From a virus (Duplodnaviria > Caudoviricetes), in the IMG/VR virus record IMGVR_UViG_3300014204_000122, positions 32,001 to 96,000 of that record: a stretch of 64,000 nucleotides of DNA; one strand, given 5' to 3'. The notes below the pieces were generated by a model. It was not told the DNA's origin and made no database searches. It saw nothing but the letters and a program-made list of their open reading frames with translations. The number at the start of each line of letters is the position of its first letter. Positions within the stretch are counted from its first letter, which is position 1. Of the stretch, positions 1 to 8,900 are shown piece after piece. A program made the position numbers and the translations under genes.

Positions 1-995
1 TTCATATAAGCTACTGATTTATTCATATGAAAATCTGTACCATATAATATTTTATGACAAAGTGTATCGTGTTTAAAGAGGGCTTTAATTAATAATTGAA
101 ACTCTTCTGTATAACATGAAAAAGATGTATCTGTAAATAAGTTTGGTAAAGTAATACAAGCTTTTAATATTTGATAAGTCCATGAATATTCACTAATAGG
201 CTTGGTTTCTAAAATTGGATTAAATAAAATATTAATTTCGTTATCGTCAATAAATTTTTTAATTTCATCAACACCTCCCATATGAGCTATGTCAAAATTA
301 ACATTCGGGTTTTTTCTCGCAACTTCTATTAGTCCAAGAGGATTATTAAAATTAGAAGATTTATCCCTTTTATTATTTTTAGTTTTAAATAAAGAATAAT
401 GAGAAGCTCTTAGTCTTTTATCAATATCTTTACCTCTATAAAAATTTATATTTCCTCTACTACAGTGAAAAATAATAGGTTTATTTTTTTTAGCAGCATA
501 ATGATACATAGGTTCATAATTTATATCATAAGGAAATGTCCCCATATAATTATAAACTTTAAATCCTGAAATTTTATTACCATATCTATTTATCAAATCT
601 ATATATTGGGGTCTTCTGCAATCAATATGTAAAAACATTTTGATTTTTTCATCATATTTAATTAAATTAACAACTTCTTGTATTTGATCCTCAAAAGGAG
701 TAATAAGTTCTCCTGCTCCCATATAGGTTTGATCAATCGTTAAAATATTAAACTCAGTACCTATAGGATAATAAGATTTTAATTCTTTAAAATTTTCTTC
801 TTGCGTTTTTCCTAAGTTTATTATAAAGTTAGCTATTCTATCAAGATCATCTTTGTGTGTACAAGGATTAAGGGTACGTAATATTTTAATTATAACTTTT
901 CTTGGCAAGTCTTTTAAAATTATACGAGATAATATAGGTATTACGTTTTTTCCTAAATTTTCAGCTGTTATTATATGTTCATGTCCTACTATCAT
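1..995 (-). CDS. Amidohydrolase_2-family metal-dependent hydrolase (3' end runs off the window)
   Basis: Not in the ORF track. Read by hand from ATG at 995: MIVGHEH (HxH), IIFHC, DIAHMGG, FTDTS, ILYGTD, the TIM-barrel amidohydrolase metal motifs. Frame stays open to the window edge. Confidence 0.75.
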   Translation of the reverse strand, partial: MIVGHEHIITAENLGKNVIPILSRIILKDLPRKVIIKILRTLNPCTHKDDLDRIANFIINLGKTQEENFKELKSYYPIGTEFNILTIDQTYMGAGELITPFEDQIQEVVNLIKYDEKIKMFLHIDCRRPQYIDLINRYGNKISGFKVYNYMGTFPYDINYEPMYHYAAKKNKPIIFHCSRGNINFYRGKDIDKRLRASHYSLFKTKNNKRDKSSNFNNPLGLIEVARKNPNVNFDIAHMGGVDEIKKFIDDNEINILFNPILETKPISEYSWTYQILKACITLPNLFTDTSFSCYTEEFQLLIKALFKHDTLCHKILYGTDFHMNKSVAYM

Positions 996-997
996 AT

Positions 998-1300
998 TTA
1001 AATCTTTTCATTTTCTTTTTTACAAAAATCTAAAAATAATTGTAAATTTTTATTTTCTTCTTCTTCTATTTTTTTTACATCTTTTATCATATTATTTATT
1101 TTATAAACATTATGAAGTAAATCAAATTCTACTTTTTCAATTTTATTATTTTTATAAAAATCAAAAAATGTATATTCTTCTATAAAATTTGAAAAATATA
1201 TTATAAAAGAGTCTTGATTGAGTCTTGTAAAGACCATATGTTCTTTTTTTAAATTACATATTATCGATTTTAACACTTCTTCATTTGATATATTTTTCAT
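998..1300 (-). CDS. hypothetical protein
   Basis: 100-aa ORF tightly packed between its neighbours. Confidence 0.6.
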   Translation of the reverse strand: MKNISNEEVLKSIICNLKKEHMVFTRLNQDSFIIYFSNFIEEYTFFDFYKNNKIEKVEFDLLHNVYKINNMIKDVKKIEEEENKNLQLFLDFCKKENEKI

Positions 1301-1613
1301 TTTTATTTTTTATAGTTTTTATTATTTGTGATATTATTTTAATTTCTTGCAAAACGAATTTTCCGTCTTCACTTTGCCCTAGTTTTCTCACTAACTGTCC
1401 TAACCCTGCCGAAATAGCGCCTATTAAAGCTAATTTATAGTCTAATTCAAAAGATCCTGTTGTTTCTATCATATTATATAAAGAAACTGTCAAATCTGTT
1501 AATGAGCCTACAAAGCCTCCTAAAAATGCCATTAAAAGAGCTTGTAACCAATCTCTAGATAACAAAGTACCTCTCTTAGAGGTAATTTTTTTTACTTTTT
1601 TTTTCGCTTTCAT
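1281..1613 (-). CDS. small membrane protein, holin-like
   Basis: Basic N-terminus, two hydrophobic helices (WLQALLMAFLGGFVG; LALIGAISAGLG), basic C-terminus. Confidence 0.5.
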   Translation of the reverse strand: MKAKKKVKKITSKRGTLLSRDWLQALLMAFLGGFVGSLTDLTVSLYNMIETTGSFELDYKLALIGAISAGLGQLVRKLGQSEDGKFVLQEIKIISQIIKTIKNKNEKYIK

Positions 1614-1687
1614 TATATTAACTGTTTAGTTTATTTTAAATATTAAAAATATATGCAAATTTTAGATTATTTGTTTAAATTTTAAAA

Positions 1688-1730
1688 ATAAAAACCCTTG
1701 AAATAATTTTTATATTTCAAGGGTTTTTAT
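1688..1730. terminator. intrinsic terminator (bidirectional-type hairpin)
   Basis: AAAAACCCTTGAAATA / TATTTCAAGGGTTTTT perfect inverted repeat just downstream of the 1764..3749 gene. Confidence 0.8.
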
Positions 1731-1763
1731 CTATCTTATTAAATATTATTTCATCATTGTTAT

Positions 1764-3749
1764 TTAGAATGTTGTACCAACGCACTTAATCCAAGTTGCT
1801 GCACCGTCGGACCCTCCTACTAAGCAAATATAGATACCAGTAGCTGTAAATCTCACTTCACCAGTAATACCTTCTGAAGTAGCTGATATTGGAGCTATAT
1901 TATTATCAGGAACTATCACTCGTTTACCTAATAGAGTCACTCCAGTGTAGTTATCATAGGTCTTATCGGATATATTGATAAATGCACTATTCAGGCTACT
2001 CGTTAGTCTGTTATTATATCCTAATAAGAAAGAAGAATTAGATCCACTTAGATCATTATCATTTCCAAAAACTATGGCTCCGGAACTAGTGATTATAGTA
2101 TCATTATAACCTTGACAAAATGACCCATTAGAAGCATCGATAAGATTAGTATGTCCTATAGAATACGTATAATCTGATTGACTTATCTTTGAGTTATCAC
2201 CTAAGGCTATAGAATATTGTGAACCGTAATCTAAGGTACTTGCTACTGATATACCATTTGATGAATTTTTTATTGAACCTCCATTAAATATAATCCCATC
2301 TGAACCACTAAGGATTGAACCTCCATTAAAGGCTATACCTTTAGAGCTACCTCGAATAATTCCACCTACAAAGCCATAACCAGTCGATGCATTGGTTATT
2401 TGACTAGATTGGACTGCAATCCCGAATGAAGTTGTATCTATTGTTGACCCATATAATGATACTCCATAACTATTACCTTTTAAACTTGCATTACCTATAG
2501 CTATACCATTACTACCATTTGAGAGCTCACCAGAACTACCCACTAACCCAAAAGAGCTCACGGAAATTATACTACCTGCATCAGCCACTAAACCTTTTGA
2601 GCCACCTGATAAAACTCCACCAGATACTAATCCGAAAGATCCACCGATTAATTGACCTCCATTAGTAGCATATCCATTAGAGTTATTTATCAAACCAACT
2701 TGAGTAGCCATACCAAAACTATTATTTTTAATAGTACTACCTCCAAAAGCTATACCAGTAGAGGAACTATCTATCAAACCACCTTGAGTAGCCATACCAA
2801 AACTATTATTCTTAATATTACCTCCAGCTCTTGCTAATCCCATTGAACCATCAATTATACTTCCTTCAGTAGCAAAACCATATCCACTTGTAATAGTTGA
2901 TCCATTATAAGCAAACCCATGAGAGACATTAGTTAATGTAGCTCCTCCACCAGAGGCAATACCATCGGAAGCACTGGTTATGATACCTCCATCTCGAGCT
3001 ATACCTAATGATCCGTTGTTAATTAAAGAATTATTACCTCTAGCTATACCTACACCACCTGTAGTACCGTCAACTACACCTCCTTCTAAATAAATCATAC
3101 CTTTGTTAATATAACCTTTATCCACTAAGCTTCTATCCGTATAATTCATAGAGTAATCTCCACCATACTCGATGCCACCAAATGTAGGTATATCATAAGA
3201 ATATACCGATACCTTAGTTGTATCGATATTTAAAGTAACGGATTTATCGCTCCCGCTCAATGCAGTCCAACTTTGTAACTCTACATAATTTATGTTACTA
3301 ACTATATGAGTCCCTAAAGTAGATTCATAATTACTGGTATTAGAATTAAATTCGTAGTTATTAATATCTAATTCAGAATAAGCAGAATCCGTAGGGTTAA
3401 TAGATCTAGCCATAAAAGTTAATAAAGTATCAAATATTACTCCCTTAGTAGATTTATCTCCTAATAAATAAATTGATTCTAATAAATTTCCTGAATAAGG
3501 TATATTTAACCCTCCATTAGATATAGTATTAGGATTAACTTTAGTAACTTGACTTAAAGATTGATTAGCATTTGCTTTTTGTGTTAAAACCCATAAGTTT
3601 TTAGTTTGTTGATCTAATATTATTTGTTTGTGTGCTGGTACAGTAATTCCAAAAGGAGTTAAACTATCTATAACCGGTAAAATTGGAGTTTGTCCAAATA
3701 GTAATATACTACTTAATATTAAACTTAATGTAATTATTATTTTTTTCAT
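1764..3749 (-). CDS. Gly/Ser-rich beta-helical repeat protein (fibre/adhesin-like) with N-terminal signal peptide
   Basis: MKKIIITLSLILSSILLFG|Q signal peptide; many ~15-aa GxA..GG.I..SS repeats; YadA-head-like C-terminal repeats; DRSLVDKGY fibre motif. Confidence 0.6.
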   Translation of the reverse strand: MKKIIITLSLILSSILLFGQTPILPVIDSLTPFGITVPAHKQIILDQQTKNLWVLTQKANANQSLSQVTKVNPNTISNGGLNIPYSGNLLESIYLLGDKSTKGVIFDTLLTFMARSINPTDSAYSELDINNYEFNSNTSNYESTLGTHIVSNINYVELQSWTALSGSDKSVTLNIDTTKVSVYSYDIPTFGGIEYGGDYSMNYTDRSLVDKGYINKGMIYLEGGVVDGTTGGVGIARGNNSLINNGSLGIARDGGIITSASDGIASGGGATLTNVSHGFAYNGSTITSGYGFATEGSIIDGSMGLARAGGNIKNNSFGMATQGGLIDSSSTGIAFGGSTIKNNSFGMATQVGLINNSNGYATNGGQLIGGSFGLVSGGVLSGGSKGLVADAGSIISVSSFGLVGSSGELSNGSNGIAIGNASLKGNSYGVSLYGSTIDTTSFGIAVQSSQITNASTGYGFVGGIIRGSSKGIAFNGGSILSGSDGIIFNGGSIKNSSNGISVASTLDYGSQYSIALGDNSKISQSDYTYSIGHTNLIDASNGSFCQGYNDTIITSSGAIVFGNDNDLSGSNSSFLLGYNNRLTSSLNSAFINISDKTYDNYTGVTLLGKRVIVPDNNIAPISATSEGITGEVRFTATGIYICLVGGSDGAATWIKCVGTTF

Positions 3750-3775
3750 TATTTTTATTGTTTTTATTATTTATT

Positions 3776-4147
3776 TTAAATTGTTAAATAAGATATTGCT
3801 ATATTTTCTCCTTCTGATAAATTAGAAATAGAGATATATCCCGGATTAGGCGAATTAATTATATATAAAGAAGAATCTATTAAAATTCCATTTCTAGCTA
3901 TTCCAACATTTTTTACACCAGATGTATTTACTATGACATAACCATTATTAACATCAGTTAATGAAATGGATATAAACTTAACTTTAGGATCAACATATGA
4001 TACTACAGTTTCTGCTGTTTCTTCATATGTTAAATATTTTAAATTTCCATTTTCATCATAACTAATAATAGTATTTGGTTGATTAGTTTCTAACCCACCT
4101 ATAATACTAGTTTCTGTTGTTTGTTTTTCTCTTTTTTCTATACCCAT
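3776..4147 (-). CDS. virion/tail-associated protein, paralog of 4152..4538
   Basis: Shares PNTI.xYDENGNLKY, NNGY.xVNT and RNGILID.SLY with the next gene. Confidence 0.55.
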   Translation of the reverse strand: MGIEKREKQTTETSIIGGLETNQPNTIISYDENGNLKYLTYEETAETVVSYVDPKVKFISISLTDVNNGYVIVNTSGVKNVGIARNGILIDSSLYIINSPNPGYISISNLSEGENIAISYLTI

Positions 4148-4151
4148 TATT

Positions 4152-4538
4152 TTAAATAGTTAAATATTTCACAAATATAGACTCACCATCTGACAAATCG
4201 GCAAGTGTTATTTTTCCAATAGTAGGGAAATTAATAGTATATAAAGAAGGATCAATTAAAATTCCATTCCTAGATAGGATAACATTTGTAATGCTATTAG
4301 TATTTACAGTTATATAACCATTATTTTCTTCAATAGAAGTAATAGGTATAGTAATTGTTTTAGGTTCTACATAAGGTTTAATAACAATTGCTACCTCTTC
4401 GTGAGAAAAATATTTTAAGTTTCCATTTTCATCATAACCAGCAATAGTGTTTGGATGAGTTATGGGTAAATTTTCAACAATAAAAGTTTCTATTATTGTT
4501 TCAATTTCGTAAGGTTTTCTTTTTTTTTCTAAGCTCAT
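4152..4538 (-). CDS. virion/tail-associated protein, paralog of 3776..4147
   Basis: Tandem paralog, colinear over its full length. Confidence 0.55.
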   Translation of the reverse strand: MSLEKKRKPYEIETIIETFIVENLPITHPNTIAGYDENGNLKYFSHEEVAIVIKPYVEPKTITIPITSIEENNGYITVNTNSITNVILSRNGILIDPSLYTINFPTIGKITLADLSDGESIFVKYLTI

Positions 4539-4577
4539 TAATTTTATTTTATTAAAACTTTTAGAATATATTTAAAT

Positions 4578-5585
4578 TTAAATTCTATGTATATAAACAT
4601 TTGCTGATTCTATTGTTATATTGTGGGCACCATCAAAATTCTTCACAGATAACCATAAATATTGTCCTGCATTTAAAGATACTAATCCACCTGCTCCAAC
4701 ATTTCTGTAAGTTGGAGATGTAGTGAAAATATTTCTTATACCTATGTTATCTAACTCAGTCACATCTTTATTTAATTCAAATCTAAAATTTTCATTATTT
4801 GTAGCACATATTGCAGTTATGTTAAATGAAGCCTGAAATATCCCACTATAAATTGACCTGAGTGTGGCTGGTCTTCTAACCGAACCTGTAGCATCATTTG
4901 TAACGTATGCCTTGGTTATATAGAAATTAGTAGCATCTATTACTTTTACCAAATATTTTCCATTATAGTTAGTTGTAGCTGTAATCGTTATAGGTTGACC
5001 TGTCGATAAATCATGAATTGCCGATGTTGTCACTTTTGTAGTCCCTGCAACTGTTCCTGAATAATCTGCAAACGCTGTTATTGTTCTTCCTAAGCCACCA
5101 AAATAGACAAATGAAGAATCAGTATTTGGTGCTAGAACTCCATCGTTATTTCCGAATGTATTATACACTGCATGATATATATTAGCTGTATCAATTACAC
5201 AAACAACAGCATTATTATACATGTACATTTCCCCATAATGTCTATCCCTGAACTTCACTATACTCCAACTTGATACACCTGTTCCTGTAAGAGCAACACA
5301 CTTGAATAAAACTCTCGTGGCTGGATAAACTACACTCACTGTATTCAAACCGTTTGATTTAACTGTAATAATTCCTAGAGAATCATTTATAATCTCAAAA
5401 TCTAAACCTAACACCAATGTAGCTACATCAGGAAGAACCACATCATTGTTTAATGTACCAATGAATCGTTGAGTGTGTTCACTACCTACTGTTAATGTAG
5501 TGGTTCCAGTTGATGTTACTTGACCATAATATCCCGATATAAAATTAGGAGACTTCAGTATATTATTTTCTGTTATATTAGTCAT
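4578..5585 (-). CDS. tail fibre-like protein
   Basis: Thr/Gly/Val-rich beta structure; HDLSTGQPITIT..NYNG.Y.V motif common in phage fibres; C1q-like C-terminus; tail-gene context. Confidence 0.55.
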   Translation of the reverse strand: MTNITENNILKSPNFISGYYGQVTSTGTTTLTVGSEHTQRFIGTLNNDVVLPDVATLVLGLDFEIINDSLGIITVKSNGLNTVSVVYPATRVLFKCVALTGTGVSSWSIVKFRDRHYGEMYMYNNAVVCVIDTANIYHAVYNTFGNNDGVLAPNTDSSFVYFGGLGRTITAFADYSGTVAGTTKVTTSAIHDLSTGQPITITATTNYNGKYLVKVIDATNFYITKAYVTNDATGSVRRPATLRSIYSGIFQASFNITAICATNNENFRFELNKDVTELDNIGIRNIFTTSPTYRNVGAGGLVSLNAGQYLWLSVKNFDGAHNITIESANVYIHRI

Positions 5586-5590
5586 TACTT

Positions 5591-5992
5591 CTAATTTATA
5601 GTTGTATTAATATAGATTGTACATATAGTTGCAAATTCATCTATTGTTTGTTTTTCAGCAACATGAGTTTCGCCCCATATTAATAAATCTCCTGTATTGA
5701 CAGATTCTTTTGAATTATTTTGAACTGTAATAGTATTCTTATCATTGCCGAATTCTTCACTCCTATCTTTATAAAACGAATAAAGAATACTTGTATCTTC
5801 TTTCCCTGCATTTGCAAGAATTTGTGAATATATTATTCTTACTTGCTCTGCTTTATCTTGTACTGACTGAGGTTGTTCTGCAAGTTGCATTAAAACTCCT
5901 TGAAGTTCATTTCCTTGTTCATCTTTTGGTACAATAACTACTGTATCTAATTCTTCGTTATTTGTATATGCTAATAGTTTTATTGTTTTCAT
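5591..5992 (-). CDS. hypothetical protein (fibre-associated)
   Basis: 133-aa ORF between fibre genes. Confidence 0.55.
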   Translation of the reverse strand: MKTIKLLAYTNNEELDTVVIVPKDEQGNELQGVLMQLAEQPQSVQDKAEQVRIIYSQILANAGKEDTSILYSFYKDRSEEFGNDKNTITVQNNSKESVNTGDLLIWGETHVAEKQTIDEFATICTIYINTTIN

Positions 5993-5994
5993 AA

Positions 5995-8900
5995 TTATCC
6001 GAGATTATAAGTTACATCTTCATTTAATTGATTTTCAATAATTGGATTAGGATTATAATTTAATGGCACGGTTACCACAGTTGTTGCATTTACTAAACTA
6101 CTAGCAAGTATATCACCTTCACCTATTCCACTAACTGTTATTACATTATTTACTACCATTGCAGTTCGTGTAAGCATTGGTGTAATTGCATTTATTAATG
6201 CAGTTATTTCGGTTGCTATTTCATTTTTGGTTTTTCCAAGTCCTAAACCATCATAAGATATGGCGGTTGTATTAGTGCCGTCAAAGAAATTAAATGATGT
6301 AAGTAAGTTATCTGCGGTTACTGTTATAGTAATTATTTTTCCAAATGCTAATTTTAAACCATGTGTTATTTTATCACAATTTGTCGTACAACCAAGTACG
6401 TATATATCTTTACTTGCTGATGTATTTGCCGTACATAAAATTGGTGATTTACCATTTGTCTTTAAATAAGAATTTAAAAAAATTAAAGTTCCTCCCGATT
6501 TAGTTATTAACCAACCACTTGTATTTACAAATGGCATATTTCCAATTCTAACGATTCCTCCTGATTGAATAATTGAAGGAACTGTTGCTGACTCTCTTGT
6601 TATCTTACCCAAGAAGTTTAATTCGCCACTTGATATATTCACAAGTGGTACAGAATAATGACCAGGACCAGCATCACTTCTATAATTAATAATACCACCA
6701 GTTTGAGTTATTTGTGATACTACCGAAATTGGACAATTTATTTCAAGAACACCACCAGTTATATTAGATCCTTGTAAAACACTAATAACAGTTGTAGAGT
6801 TGAAATTAAGTCTTCCTGCCATGTTTACAAATCTTCCCGCAAATGTTCCATTAACAGTACACTCACTATTACTATCTATATTCAAAGCAGAAGGTGAATC
6901 ACATGAACTCCAACCATTTAAGTAAAAATATCCATATATCAAATTTATACTTCCAGTTGTTCTTGCATTACAAATAGTTTTTCCGCCTGTTCCGCTGATA
7001 TATATATCTCCTTGTACTCTACCGTTTAATATATTATAAGCATTATTAATACTATAAGCATAAGCTGGAGATGGTGTTTCAATATCAACATTACAAATAG
7101 CATTACCTACACTATATAGACTAACCCCTTGTAATAATCCATAAATTTTTGCTTCTAAATTTAAATACTTAGCATCAGAAAAAGCAATTGCTCTACCTAA
7201 CATATTTCTGATTATTCCTTTTATATCATAAAAACCATATTGTGTACTAGACTGTGTACCAATTTGTATCAACCATGTCGTTGATGTACTTGAATAAATT
7301 TCACAATCCTGATAATATTTAAAATTGGCATTTTGACCAACACAATTGATAAATCTACTATTTGCATGTGTTCCAATAAATAAACCACCTTCAAGTATAT
7401 AATCAGAATGCCAAGTATCTGAAATGTTAAATAAAGTTAAATCTCCCCAACTAATCTGAGAACCTTTAAAAACCCATCTCATACCTTCTTTAGCTAAATT
7501 AGTTGTAGGAACAAAATTACCTTTGCAATACACAGTATAATGTCGTATCCAAACAGGCATAAACCCTCCAGTACTCTGTGTCTGTGAGGTAGTTACTGAT
7601 TTTGCATTTTCTAATCCACCATCTTTGGTAATTATTCGAGTATTATAAACTAAACCTGAACCATAGGCGAATGAATCACCGACTTCCATTAAATTATAAT
7701 CAACATCAGATATATTAGTTATAACCCTACTTCCTGAGGTTTTTGTTGCTATCTGTGTCCCACTCCACTTATTTGTTAATGTAGATATTTTATCAAGTGT
7801 TTTATATTTAAACAATATTGTTCCGTCCCCTGATATATCATCTCCAAATACTGAATCAACAAATAATGAATGAGATAAATTAACAATAGTACTATCTTTC
7901 CAATCTACATCTCCGCCATTATTTTTATACAAAACTTGTCCTATTTCCGCACTACTTACCCCTGTCACATTATTCAGAGCTGTTTGTTGAGAAGATACAT
8001 CGGATAAATTATTAGATGGTTTTAAGGGTATATACCCTATCCCAACATTTGATATACTCCAATTAGCATCTACTTCATCATCAGGACTGTCTATTAATGC
8101 TCTAACTGTATATCCAATCAATACAGGAATTCCATTTATATTTCCATCAGCAGATATGGTCCATATATCACCTTTCATTATCACTCCTGCCGTTCCACTT
8201 CCACCTGTTATAGGATATTTGCTTGTAATAGTTGGGTTATAGCTTCCTCTGTCATCAAATAATCCTAAAGTGGCATTTGTAAGTTGACCTTTTGTTACAA
8301 ATTCATCATCATTTACTGCATCACTTCCTTTTACTGTTCCATCTCCTCGTACGGCAAATTTCCCTACTCCTAATTTATTCCATACCTCTAAAATATTATC
8401 AATATCTGCCATGTCATCGCCTGTCTGATATGATATGGCTCCTTTTGTCTGCAACAGTTTTATTTTAGGTATTGCACTAACCTCATAAGATTGTTGCATT
8501 GTAGTAGTTGCACCAATTGAAGAACCTAGATTTGGATTTCCAAACCTATCTAATTCCATGAATCTAGCCTTTGTCTCATTATTCAATTCTGTACATCCAG
8601 ATTCAACTACTAATGCACATCTAAATAAGAAGTTTTGATTAAGATTTTGTTCAGGAATAAATTGTTCAGTAGATATTGCTTGAAGAGCTTCAGAAATGCT
8701 ATCATATAAAAATTGACCTATTTGAACTCTTAATTTATTGGATACTGGGATGGCTAATCTATGAATTGTAAATTTTCCTACGGGTATTAATTCTTTCACA
8801 CCATTATTGTCCCAATGTTCTGTATCTATTGTATCTCCCGTTTCATATATATATTCTTGAAGATTTCTTAACCTATGTCGTATATCTGCATCTGGAGACC

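Noticed and set aside
2690-2815. Diversity-generating retroelement template/variable repeat in the Gly-rich gene
   Set aside because: It is an in-frame internal protein repeat, and no reverse transcriptase is present in the window
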